Below, in pieces: positions 25,263 through 37,570 of a DNA stretch of 64,000 nucleotides. Location: assembly GCF_001194135.2 (NCBI RefSeq), contig NC_068984.1, forward strand, positions 127,452,478 through 127,516,477. The letters run 5' to 3'. Numbering within the stretch: the first letter of the stretch is position 1; every line of letters begins with the position of its first letter. The translations under genes and the position numbers were made by a program. The notes below the pieces were generated by a model, which saw only the letters and a program-made list of their open reading frames with translations, was not told the origin of the DNA and searched no databases. Source of the stretch: Octopus bimaculoides. Its lineage: Eukaryota.

Positions 25263-26477
25263 TAGGGGTTGGACAAAATAATGGAAACACCTAGCATCAT
25301 AGTGTCATAATTTTGAAATATCTATAAAACCATCAAAAGCTTGTTNNNNNNNNNNTAATGGAAACACCTAGCATCATAGTGTCATAATTTTGAAATATCT
25401 ATAAAACCATCAAAAGCTTGTTTATTTTTATGTTTTTTTATTTATTATTGGTGTTGCTTAATAAGTTTTGCTAAAGTTGCTGTTTCTTTTCAGATATCAT
25501 CAAAAAAAGGTAATTAAAATTCATTAAAATGACAGATCTATAAACTCTCAATGGAGTCAAATTGTTGGTGCTCGTATNNNNNNNNNNNNNNNNNNNNNNN
25601 NNNNNNNNNNNNNNNNNNNNNNNNNNNNNNNNNNNNNNNNNNNNNNNNNNNNNNNNNNNNNNNNNNNNNNNNNNNNNNNNNNNNNNNNNNNNNNNNNNNN
25701 NNNNNNNNNNNNNNNNNNNNNCAGAAGAAAACCAAAACTTTCAGACAGGGACCATCAAACTCTTATGCGAATTATTAGAAAGGATCACAAAAGTACAGCT
25801 CCCAAAATTACTGCAGAGCTTAATGACCACCTCAAGAACCCACTTTCCACAAAAAATGTTCGCTGGGAGCTGCACAAAGCTGGATTTCACAGGAGGGCTG
25901 CAATCAGAAAACCACTACTTTCAAAAACAAACATTGCAAAGCATTTAGAGTGGAGTAAAAGCCTACAAAATTAGTCCCTAGAGCAGTGGAAGAATGTTAT
26001 TTTCTTGGACAAGTCATCCTTTACCTTATTTCCAACCACTGGCCGAGTGTACGTGTGGAGATCAAATTCATCCTATGGTTGTGGAACTGTTTCCAGAGGG
26101 AAACACAATCTTTCAGGATCATAAGGCACCAATTCACACAGCTAAAGTTGTTACTGAATGGTACGAGGAACATTCTAGTGAAGTTGAACATCTTATCTGG
26201 CCACCACAATCCTCAGATCTCAATATTATTGAACATTCATGGTGCATTTTAAAAAAACAAGTAAGGAGTCGATATCTTCCACCATCATCACTACAAGAAC
26301 TGGAGACTGTTTTAGCTGAAGAATGGACAAAAATTCCTTTGGAAACAATTCAAGCTTTGTACGAGTCCATAGCTCATAGAATTCAAGCTGTAATTACTGT
26401 CAAAGGCGGTCCCACCCCATATTAAAATTAATTTGTTTGAAATTTTAAGGTGTTTCCATTATTTTGTCCAACCCCTG
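25263..26477 (+). mobile_element. Tc1-like DNA transposon with both TIRs; internally deleted transposase pseudogene, apparent DD36E spacing
   Basis: 30-bp TIRs (T/C)AGGGGTTGGACAAAATAATGGAAACACCT at 25263-25292 and 26448-26477, followed by TA. Protein motifs: HTH region RIIRKDHKSTAPKITAELN, VIFLDKSSF, FQDHKAPIH, WPPQSSDLNIIEHSW and VKGGPTPY-stop (26425). Confidence 0.95.
25346..25355. other. Assembly gap flanked by an identical 67-bp duplication (25279-25345 = 25356-25422)
   Basis: The identical sequence on both sides of a 10-N gap is typical of an unmerged contig overlap. Confidence 0.85.
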
Positions 26478-26599
26478 TATATATATGATGGAGAGAGTAA
26501 GCTGTATATATATGATGGAAAGAGTAAGTTAATGTACAAAACATATATTTCATCACTATAAACAAATCATTAGCATAGGTTATTCAGCAAAAACTGAAC

Positions 26600-26998
26600 A
26601 CTCATACATTGTCTTCAAAGGGAGCCATCAAATCAAGTGAAATCATAGTCATGGTCAATGCTGGTGTCATGTAGCTGGCACGTGAAAAGCAACTTTAGAG
26701 TATTGGGCCTCACGGAGGCAATGACAAATGACTGAAACCTTTGGCAATATGCTGTGTTTGAGAAGACTCATCAAGCCAACTAGCAGATACTAGTGTTACA
26801 CAATTAGCACCCATGCTGGTGGCACATAAAAGCACCCATTACACTCTCAGAGTAGTTGGCGTTAGGAAGGGCATCCAGCTGAAGAAACCATCTTAGTTCA
26901 GACTGGAGTCTGGTGCAGCCCCTCAGTTTTCCAGCCCTGATCAAAATATTCAACCCATGCCAGCATGGACAATGGTCATTAAATGATGATGATGATGG
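26600..26998 (+). mobile_element. RTE-type 3' end (different subfamily)
   Basis: GCTGGTGGCACATAAAAGCACC, GTTGGCGTTAGGAAGGGCATCCAGCTG and CAACCCATGCCAGCATGGAC...TAAATGATGATGATGATG. Confidence 0.8.
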
Positions 26999-28763
26999 TA
27001 CATTCTAATAAATATTATGACCTATAGTTAGAAATTATCAGCAAGTTGTGAAATTATTTCCTAACCAACATAATTTACACAGAAACTCATTTACTAATAT
27101 AATTAATACTATAATTTACTATCATAATGTATTACTTGATCTCATTATACAGGAATTAGGAAAAATGCCATTAAAACTGTTGTAGATGATTGTCATAATA
27201 AAACCTCAGACTAAAGAGACATTTTAAATCATACTACGAACCACATTAAAACGCCAACACTCATATGTGTGAATAAAACACAGCAGAAACAAAATCAGAT
27301 ATTAAGTGTGTGTGTGTGTGTGTGTGTGCGCACGTTCCTCTCTCTCCACAAGAAATATAGAAATATAGAAACTAGAAGTGTCCGTAGGGGTAATACAGCC
27401 TTTTGTATATGACCATTGAGTCAATTCAGCAGGCATAAACACTGTGTAAGTTAGTGAGATTACAGATTCACAGCAGATCATCACTGCATGAAATGTTATA
27501 TTCATGAAAGGTTAAACATTAATCTCAAGACTAGTAACGTGTAAAAACACTGCAGCAACAAACATGCAAAATAAAAACCATACTAGAGGTATGAACAATC
27601 CACAATTTTGAAGATAAGAAAAATAAATATAAAGAAAAAAAAAACAAGCATAAAATACTAAGTATTTTCTTAACATTACTTTATATCATACAAGGTTCAA
27701 AGAATGTTATGCTTCACCATGTGTCGGAAATGGTGAAGTTATGTTCAATTTTAGCTTTTGTAAGTATAATCGCTGTTATAAATTCTTAATTGTATTTCAA
27801 ACATACTCAACTAGTCGGTATCGAGTTACACATCAAAGGGCATTCGTTTAAAATGTAACTAATAAGCCATAATTAAAACTTCTGCCTTTTATAGAGAAGG
27901 GATGAAATAAGCAGCATGTATATGTGTAGTATGTATGTATGTATGTATGTATGTATATATATATATATATTAGTATGTNNNNNNNNNNNNNNNNNNNNNN
28001 NNNNNNNNNNNNNNNNNNNNNNNNNNNNNNNNNNNNNNNNNNNNNNNNNNNNNNNNNNNNNNNNNNNNNNNNNNNNNNTATATATATATATATATATATA
28101 TACATACATAAATACACACATAAATATATATATACATACATATATATACACACACATATAAACACACACATACAAACATACGTATATACACACATGTACA
28201 TACAGAGAACAATAGAAAGAACATGCAGAGCAAATAACTGAAATGTTTAACTAACAAGAATAGTACTTCATCCAAGATAGAAAAAAAATTTTTAATGTTA
28301 TTGCCTTTATAATAACAAACAAGCACCAAAAAATTTTAATATTTCAGAAATAAAATCAAATATTAAAAGAAAAAAAACTAACTTTGGCCATGACTCCTGC
28401 AAAGATATTGTAGAAGCAATGAAGGAGAAATATACCATTATTGTTTATTAAAGATTAAATAATACTCTCTGTTGAGTCAAATAACCAAGAAAGTTGCAAA
28501 TATTCAGTCAGATTAATGGTTCTTCTGAAATTGATTTTTTGCTTATTTATTTGTTTGGTTATTGCAAGATGCAAATGTGGTATATGTTATGTATATTGGA
28601 AGCAGCAATTTTTACTTCAAAAAATGTAATAATCAGGCAACAATTACCTTTTTAACTGGCTATTAATACAAACCAATCAAATCAATGTTTTATTGTACAC
28701 ACATACACACAATGCACACAATGCACACACACACACACAATGCACACATACACACACACAGAT

Positions 28764-28814
<51 letters not shown>

Positions 28815-29361
28815 ATATGGTTGTTTAAAACTGAAATTTGGAGTTGAGTTGAAACTGATTTCTAAAATATTATTAACCATAAACTGGAAGTAAAAGCAAT
28901 GAATTCAAGGAAGGAAGTATTATTAAAATTCTAAGATGACCTTTAGTACACAGTGAGTAAATTATTTTACAAAATATCAGATCTTCTGCATCGTGTCAAT
29001 TTTGTATTAAGTTATTTCACGAGAGGAAAATATCTTGTTTTATGTTAACGAATTAATAATTTTAACCATTTTTAACCAAAACACAAAAAGTAATGTAAAA
29101 CCAATATTCACAGTAGCAATAAAGCCACAAATTTCAATAAATAATCAAAAAGATGAAAATAAACTGTGTCAGGTACATGGCCCCTAATTTTGGGAAGAGA
29201 ACAGTCATTTATATCAGACCCTAGTAAAAGGATGAAAGGTGAGGTTGAGTTTGATAGAATTTGAGCTCAAAGCATAAAGGATGAAACTAAATATTGCCAG
29301 GAATTTTCTCCACTACTCTGACAACTAACCACACCTAATAATGATAACATTAACAATAACA

Positions 29362-29563
29362 GTCCTTTCTGTTATAGGCACAAGGCATGAAATTATGGGG
29401 CTAGTTGATTACATCAACCCCAATGGTACTTATTTTAACAACCCCCAAAAGATGAAAGGCGAAGTCAAACTTGGTGGAATTGGAACTCAGAACATAAAGA
29501 ACCAGAAGATATGCTACTAAGCATTTTGTCTGCTGTACTAACAATTCTGTCAGCTCACTGTCT
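29362..29563 (-). mobile_element. SINE family 2 (older copy)
   Basis: Same motif order as 14035-14249. A second 3' half with an (AAT)n tail follows at ~29575-29712. Confidence 0.8.
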
Positions 29564-29579
29564 TCTTCTTCTTATAGTA

Positions 29580-29617
<38 letters not shown>

Positions 29618-29720
29618 TCTTTCTATTATAGGCACCAGACCTGAAATTTTGAAGGCGGGGGCTAGTCAATTACATCGATCCCAGTACTCGACTGGTATTT
29701 AATTTATCAAGGTTGATAAA

Positions 29721-29768
<48 letters not shown>

Positions 29769-29890
29769 TATATATGACCATATATATATACATATATATG
29801 ACCACCTGATCAGTGGAGTGTGGCTCTCCTACATGAAGAAGAGCATACACTTTAGTCTAGTCAAACAAGAACTAGAACAAGGTACAATTA

Positions 29891-30221
29891 CATCATCATC
29901 ATTGTTTAACGTCCGCTTTCCATGCTAGCATGGGTTGGACGATTTGACTGAGGACTGGTGAAACCGGATGGCAACACCAGGCTCCAATCTGATTTGGCAG
30001 AGTTTCTACAGCTGGATGCCCTTCCTAACACCAACCACTCAGAGAGTGTAGTGGGTGCTTTTACGTGTCACCCGCACAAAGGCCAGTTAGGCGGTACTGG
30101 CAACGGCCACGCCCGAAAATGGTGTCTTTTATGTGCCACCCGCACAAGAGCCAGTCCAGGGGCACTGGCAACGATCTCGCTCGAAAATCCTACGAAGGCC
30201 AGTCAGGCGGTGCTGGCAACG
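29891..30221 (-). mobile_element. Young RTE-tail retroposon copy B
   Basis: (CAT)n tail on the plus strand, then the same ~170-bp core as copy A and three GCCAGT-N8-(A/G)CTGGC modules. Confidence 0.9.
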
Positions 30222-30894
30222 CAAGCAGAAAATTACGACTGAGTTGATGAATGCATTCACCACTTCTACTCAACCTTCCAAGGATAGTTTTCCTTTCAGT
30301 TCATTTCTCAGTGAGGTTAGCTACAAAGACTATTCTTTAAATACTCAAACATCTTAGAATTTGGTGCTTTTAGGAATTTGGAAATATTCTTTACATTTCT
30401 CAGCATTTAAGCTGTATTTACAAATCTGTCAAGTAAATTTTTATCAAGCACTAATCAAAAGCTTCTGGCATTCTTAGTTGAATCTCTTAAATATATTACT
30501 GCTACACCTTTCGAAGTGATGACTGACTGATGCTATCGCAGAACCATTAAGTCAATAAATATTAAGAACATCTACTAGTAATATTGCACCTCCATGTAAA
30601 ATATCTATCATTCTTATATGATTGGGTGGCAAAAGTTCATTCAGTCAATAATATCTAAAAGCTAACAACATATATTAGACTCAAGTAATATGATTAAAAT
30701 CCTGACACATATAGCTCTCCAGTTCAATAGTGATTTGATAGAAAGTAAAATATTCTACTAAACAATAAAATCATTAAGCTTAATAAGAATTTTTTTACAG
30801 TATTTCTGCTTCCATCATATTAGAAAGAGAAAAAAATACACAAAGTTGATGGAAATAAATAATTTCAGTAGATATATTTTATTTGAACAAGATA

Positions 30895-31100
30895 TGACAG
30901 GTGTGGCTATGCAGATAAGAAGTTTGCTTTATAGCCACATGGTTTCAGGTTCAGTCACACTGTGTAGCACATTCAGCAAGTGCCTTCTATTAAAGGCCAG
31001 GGGTCAAAGCTTGTGTGTGTGTATGTATATGTGTGTGTGTGTACTGTGTGTGTGTGTGTACTGTGTGTGTTCGTGTCTCTTTGTCTTGAGGTCAAGTGCT
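30895..31100 (+). mobile_element. SINE family 1 (older, partial)
   Basis: GTGTGGCTATGCAGATAAGAAGTTTGCTT...GGTTTCAGGTTCAGTCACACTGTGTAGCACATTCAGCAAGTG followed by a TG run. Confidence 0.7.
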
Positions 31101-31810
31101 AGTTGTAAACAGTTTCATTTGTTATACAAACACTGCCAATTATTTCCAATAATTTGCTGACATAGAGAAATAACACAAGTGAAGCTTGGCAAGAGAAAGG
31201 GCATCCAGTTGTAGAACATATACCTCAATAAACTCTGTCTGACCCATGCCAGCATGGAAAAGTGGACATTAAAACGATGATGGTGATGGATATGGTTAAT
31301 CTTAATGCCCACCCATAGCGAAAGAGAAGTTGAAATAACTTCAAATGCAAATAGCACATATATCAAGACATGATGTACAGTCTACATAATAAGCTTGTGA
31401 GTAAGATAATTACTACAGTCAATTGTCTGTTAAAAATGGGTAACCATATAATTAATATGCATTTAACAAAAAAACATAAGCTTATTAGTATTCTAGGTTT
31501 TCAGTGACTACTTCAATCATTCTTACACACACATGTGCGCACACACACAAACACACATACACAACTTTCTTTACACCTAGTACATAATCAGTTATATTAA
31601 CTATAAGAATATATACATGCAATGGAAAGTCATATATGTTTCAGTAAGACTCTGCACTATCACACATGGCTCCAGTAACACAGGCCACACAGTGGGACTG
31701 AACCCAGAACCATATGGTTGGGAAGCAAAGCTTCTTACCAAACAGCCATATCTGCACCTATATTCTTTTATTCGTTTTAGTCACACAGCTGCAGTCATGC
31801 TGGAGCACCA

Positions 31811-31847
<37 letters not shown>

Positions 31848-31952
31848 TAAATGTAAAAGACTTTCTCACCTTCCCGAACATCAAACTAAAACACCTACTT
31901 GGTGTTTATACACCTGTCTTCGTCTTTTGTTTTTCTGTAAATTTCAACTATA

Positions 31953-31991
<39 letters not shown>

Positions 31992-32744
31992 TTAATGATA
32001 AACTACATGAGTGACTCAAGGTGCAAAAGGTTTTGATAAGTGCAATGATGCACAAAACTCTCACCCCTTGTGCGATTTATGTAGTTTCCCAACTAAAAGT
32101 AAAATATATATATGTACTGTACATTTGCATATTGAGTTCTGTTTCTCTTTCTTGTATTACCAAACCTATATTTTATGCATACATAAATCAAATACTTGCC
32201 AACTAAAACAATAATTACCACGCCTTCAGGTGTAATGTTTCAGTATAGAGCTAATATAAAAAACAACAAATTATTCAAATTTGAATAATCAAGAAAACAC
32301 AAATTGTTCCTAATAATAGTATACTAATCATAACTAATGATTTGTTGTAGAAAAATATTCTAATACAGAGATGCCAATCTATTTAAAACAAGTGAAAATT
32401 AGATCACTTTTTCAGAGTTCACATGTCTTTACATTGGTTGGTATGAGGTTTGTTGAATTTACTCTATGTCAGAAAACTTAAAAGAACAAATCTTTTAAAA
32501 AGTTGACATATATAACTAACAAGAATTAATTATTTCAACTACAAAAATTGATTGAAGAGATGTAACACCAGGAAAATGATTAAATATATTTCACAAAGTC
32601 AATAATTTAAATGACATTTCATGAGATTTAATTTAGATGTAAAATAAGGGCTGGAGTTTGGTCTTTTATTTTTTATTGTAAAAATAATTACTATGCAATC
32701 TGACTTTAACACTTCGAGCCAACAAAATAATTTTTGTGTTATTC

Positions 32745-33030
32745 AGCCTACTAGAAATAGCTACCAATTCTCCAGCAAATCATACAGATGGTCAAACTGA
32801 ACATCAACTATAACAATCTCAACAATATAAGACCTTATAAAAGTCATGGACACTGTACTTTCTCATGACCAAGTCTCCATTCCAACCTGTCCTGCAAAAC
32901 AAAAAATCTAAAAGTTCTACTACCTTAAAAAGTAGAACACATTGAATAAAATAGTTCCAGATATACTATGTCTGAAAATAGGATGATCATAGGTTTAACC
33001 TAATCAGAACTGACCTATGACCAAACAACT
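32745..33030 (+). repeat. Dispersed repeat family 3 copy with internal extra sequence
   Basis: CCTACTAGAAATAGCTACCAATTCTCC...TACACTATGTCTGAAAATAGGATGATCATAGG...CAGAACTGACC...AAACAACT. Confidence 0.55.
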
Positions 33031-34070
33031 TCAGCATATTCTTTTTTTTTTTTTTATAGCTTAATGAGAGCAGGAAACGGACAGCTTTAACCATATTACA
33101 GAGCTGATGAGATTGGATGGACAGAAAGAAGGAAACCACAACTCGTTGCAATAGGAAGCAACACATGAAGAAATCAAGTAATCCTCATACTTTGTCTGAA
33201 TATGTCTAACAAAGTGGACAATGCTAAAGGTGGTGGTAGTTAAACCAGCTGACATCTCAAATTGTCAGATTAATTGTACCCAAGAACAGGTACAGTCAAT
33301 CCGATAGGCTTCTATACTGTTTTTCTCTGCCCAGTTTCAATCTCAGAGCTTGGGTCAATCAGGGGCTAGAGGAAAAGATACAGGCTCAAGGTACTGCACA
33401 AAGAAATAAAATCCTGAGCCATGTGATTGCAAAACACACCTCTTAACCACTTGACCATATCTGTGCCCATGAATGTAAGCTATTTTTTAAATATTAGATT
33501 GCAGGACTACTACAATATAAACTTTAATTCAAATTGTGTAAACAAAAAAATATTTGGAAAATAGAACAAAGACAAAATGTGGTATTTTATAAGAATGAAA
33601 ACATTCTATTCTATTCAGGCATTGTTAATACAACAATCATTTTAAACAACTGCAGTGAGAATTGGCAATGATAACAATATATACATTTTTATGGAATATA
33701 TTGGATATAATGATTATTTTATCCATCCTTCATTATATTTATAACAAAGAATTAGTACTATTTTAAATGAAGTTTTCTAGTCAATTCAACCAATAAAATT
33801 GAAGAGAATTCACTAAGTTTAATCAAATTAAATTATTATAGAATTATCTTTTTATTCACAAAGGAAATATGAATATTTAACACATTGCCTGCATTGTCCA
33901 TATCAGTCAATATGGTTTTCACAGTTAAAAGCAATTTAATGTTAATAAATAATTCTGCTTTAGAACTGGTGATTATATAACAAAGATGGGTGTTAACTTC
34001 GGGATCATCACAATACATAAATTTACTTTCTAAATATGAAAACGATGGCTGAGTTTCACTTAAAAGAACT

Positions 34071-34101
<31 letters not shown>

Positions 34102-34314
34102 TTTGTAGTGTAACATATGGATTCATAGAATCATGTGGCTATCACAGAAAACTCCTCTAACAGAGTCAGTTAACAGATGACATGGTTATCCAATGCAGAA
34201 GTGTATAATGCAGAGTTTCATGAAGCAGGAATCTGGGAGATCTGATTAATGAAATTATTTCATGAGGAGTATATAAACCATAAAAAGTTAGGAGGTATGA
34301 AAGATGATATGCAT

Positions 34315-34720
34315 ATCATCATTTAATATCCGTTTTCCATGTTGGCATGGTTTGATAGGAGCTAGTGATCCAGAGGGCTGGGCCAAGCTTTATTGTCTGC
34401 TTTGGCAAGGTTTCTACAGCTGGATGCCTTTTCTAATATCAACCACTTAGCAGATTATATTGAGTGCTGTTTACATGGCACCAGCAAGGTCACCAAGTAA
34501 CTTGCAAGACAAGAACCCCACTCCATGCCTCCACCTTGACTGAGTGGAGTTCAGAGTTGAGGGAGGTGTCTTTGTGCCAAGTGATGAGACGTTGGCATAT
34601 GGTAGAGGGATAGAAAATGGTGTTTTGCAGTAGAAGAAATACATGGCTACTCCAGTTAGAAAAGGAGAGAGGAGAGGAGAAACAGAGAGATGGTGAAGAT
34701 GTGTTACAGAGAGGGGTATG
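34315..34720 (-). mobile_element. RTE-type 3' end, older subfamily related to 4950-5228
   Basis: (ATC) tail, CCGTTTTCCATGTTGGCATGG, TTTCTACAGCTGGATGCC and ACATGGCACCAGCAAGGTCACCAAGTAACTTGCAAGACAAG. Confidence 0.75.
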
Positions 34721-34800
34721 TAAGTGAAGCAGTACAGAGGATTGGATAGGGTGAATGGGCACATAAGTTCACCAAATGCTATATATATATATATATATAT

Positions 34801-35055
34801 AATAATAATGCGCCCTTTTAAAGCCTAGCCAGGCTCATGTGCCCGGTTTCCTGGTTTCAATGGCGTATGTGTTCCCCAGCTGGACGGGACACCAATCCAT
34901 CGCAGCGTTACTCATTTTCACCAGCTGAGTGGACTGGAGCAACGTGAAATGAAGTGTTTTGCTCAAGAACACAACGCGTCGCCCGGCCCAGGAATCGAAA
35001 CTACAATCTTACGATCATGATGCTGATACCCTAACCACTAAGCCACGCGCCTCCA
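34801..35055 (-). mobile_element. Young tRNA-derived SINE with CORE-like and Deu/Nin-like segments
   Basis: Minus strand: box A TGGCTTAGTGG, box B GTTTCGATTCC, TTGTGTTCTTGAGCAAAACACTTCATTTCAC, then CTGCGATGGATTGGTGTCCCGTCCAGCTGGGG...GAAACCGGG..ATGAGCC and an (ATT)n tail. Many CpGs are retained. Confidence 0.85.
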
Positions 35056-35886
35056 CACACACANNNNNNNNNNNNNNNNNNNNNNNNNNNNNNNNNNNNN
35101 NNNNNNNNNNNNNNNNNNNNNNNNNNNNNNNNNNNNNNNNNNNNNNNNNNNNNNNNNNNNNNNNNNNNNNNNNNNNNNNNNNNNNNNNNNNNNNNNNNNN
35201 NNNNNNNNNNNNNNNNNNNNNNNNNNNNNNNNNNNNNNNNNAAATTGAAATTTTTTTGATTAGATGAAGAAAGAAAGCAAATTCTATTGTTAGGTGACAC
35301 AAAGAACAAAGGAAATAATTTCAATATATTTAGAATAATTAAAAATATCTTCATGCTTAAGGGGAAAATCAGATCTCTGTTAGCAGGGACAGTGATAGTA
35401 GCAGACATGTTTCAGTATTATTCAGCAAAACGTAGAAACATGAACACACTTGATAAATAAAAATACAATTCTGCACAGAGAAAATGGGTTATGAATAATT
35501 TTGGGAAAACAGTAATAAAAAAAAAAAAAATTTAGATAAGGGAAATAACTCAAACAATGCTAATGGCATGGACTGAGATAAATCAACAGTGCATGAATGT
35601 ACTGAATGACACGTACAATAAATTATTAATGAATTGAATTTTTTCTCTTAGTTGCAGAAAGTAAACAAAAATGTATCGATATTTGTTAATGACTCATTAA
35701 GCAAAAGGAAGATAATTTTAATGAAATAAGAATTAATTAAAAATTTTTTTGATTTATCTCAAACTGCCATTGGCTAATTTGACTATTTCCCTTAGCTCAA
35801 TTTTGTCTTTTAATATGTAAATTATTACATGCCAAAAACTATTTATACCCCTTTTCTGAAAAAACTGTTTATTCATAAAGCAGGGT

Positions 35887-35917
<31 letters not shown>

Positions 35918-36945
35918 GTCTATGCTTCTCTGACAGGATTCAATAAAAATGAAATCAGTCTGCTGCTGTTACCATCCCAACTTACAAAGATCAAATATTC
36001 TCTTAAGCATGAGGAATAATTTTTTTTATTAATTATTAATTTATTAAAATCATTTTTCTTTTTGTGAGTTGCTAACAAATGTAGATGGTTAGAGAAAGAA
36101 AACAATAATCAAAGAGGAAAATTTCAATTCATTAAGAATTTTTCACAAGTGTCATTCAATGCAGCCATACATACTTGACTTGTCCTACTACATACCATTG
36201 ATTTTACTTAAGTATTTTCCATTAGCTCAATTCGGTTTTTCTTATGTTCCAATATATATATATATATACATCTAAAATTTGCACTTTTCCTCCCAAGTTT
36301 TATGTAAATACTTTACATTCATTCATGCATATCATCTCCTGAGTCAACTTCATTGCTATTGAGCCTACAGAGGATTTTTAGTGCCATTGTCAAAAGTAGA
36401 TAAAATGGTTAAACCACAGGTTTTATCTCTCTCTGGACAGCAAAAATGGAACAGATTTGGCCAGAATTGCTCAACTTTATCTCCCAAATTTAAACCCAGC
36501 ACATCTGAAATGATGAACGATGCAATGGACATTGTAGCCCAAAACACAAATAAACAATAGACATTGATATATAGAAGACACAAATTAGAAGTGTCCTTGA
36601 TCAGAGATGACCTGATGCTAAATAACAACCGAACACTTTTGCTCGCACCTTATTTCATTTAACATATTTCATAATGTCAGTTTCAAACAATTCTTTTCAC
36701 CATCAATGAGAAAATACATTTCAGACACATTCATAATATTTTCTCAATAGAAACTTTGGCATCACACCGAACTCTTCCTATTCTTGGTTGACAGGTAACC
36801 AAGATTATACATCAACATCAATATTTTTTAATACTCACTTTTCCATGCTTGCATAGGTCAGACAGATTTTATTGAGGCAGATTTTCTCTGTCTGAATGCC
36901 TTTCCTATCAATAACCCTAATCTGTTTGCAGATATATGATACACT

Positions 36946-36987
<42 letters not shown>

Positions 36988-37570
36988 NNNNNNNNNNNNN
37001 NNNNNNNNNNNNNNNNNNNNNNNNNNNNNNNNNNNNNNNNNNNNNNNNNNNNNNNNNNNNNNNNNNNNNNNNNNNNNNNNNNNNNNNNNNNNNNNNNNNN
37101 NNNNNNNNNNNNNNNNNNNNNNNNNNNNNNNNNNNNNNNNNNNNNNNNNNNNNNNNNNNNNNNNNNNNNNNNNNNNNNNNNNNNNNNNNNNNNNNNNNNN
37201 NNNNNNNNNNNNNNNNNNNNNNNNNNNNNNNNNNNNNNNNNNNNNNNNNNNNNNNNNNNNNNNNNNNNNNNNNNNNNNNNNNNNNNNNNNNNNNNNNNNN
37301 NNNNNNNNNNNNNNNNNNNNNNNNNNNNNNNNNNNNNNNNNNNNNNNNNNNNNNNNNNNNNNNNNNNNNNNNNNNNNNNNNNNNNNNNNNNNNNNNNNNN
37401 NNNNNNNNNNNNNNNNNNNNNNNNNNNNNNNNNNNNNNNNNNNNNNNNNNNNNNNNNNNNNNNNNNNNNNNNNNNNNNNNNNNNNNNNNNNNNNNNNNNN
37501 NNNNNNNNNNNNNNNNNNNNNNNNNNNNNNNNNNNNNNNNNNNNNNNNNNNNNNNNNNNNNNNNNNNNNN
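36988..37570. other. Assembly gap (largest; others at 25578-25721, 27979-28078, 35064-35241, 43214-43309, 62611-62620)
   Basis: N runs, mostly adjacent to TA/CA/TC microsatellites. Confidence 0.99.

Noticed and set aside
25279-25422. 67-bp direct repeat inside the Tc1 left end, reminiscent of IR/DR-type transposon DRs
   Set aside because: The copies are 100% identical and flank a 10-N gap, with no counterpart at the right end. This is an assembly overlap artefact.
33100-33145. CTGATGA...GAAA suggestive of a hammerhead ribozyme core
   Set aside because: The required stems II and III do not pair, and other CTGATGA occurrences also lack the architecture.
34980-35055. tRNA-like sequence with box A and box B
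   Set aside because: It is a SINE head that continues into SINE body sequence and does not form a complete cloverleaf; the same applies to 16707 and 57075.
36365-36628. Minus-strand ORF with protein-like DVLGLNLGDKVEQFWPNLFHFCCPERDKTCG after a TTTCAG acceptor
   Set aside because: There is no convincing donor site and no recognised homology; it is not supportable without RNA-seq.
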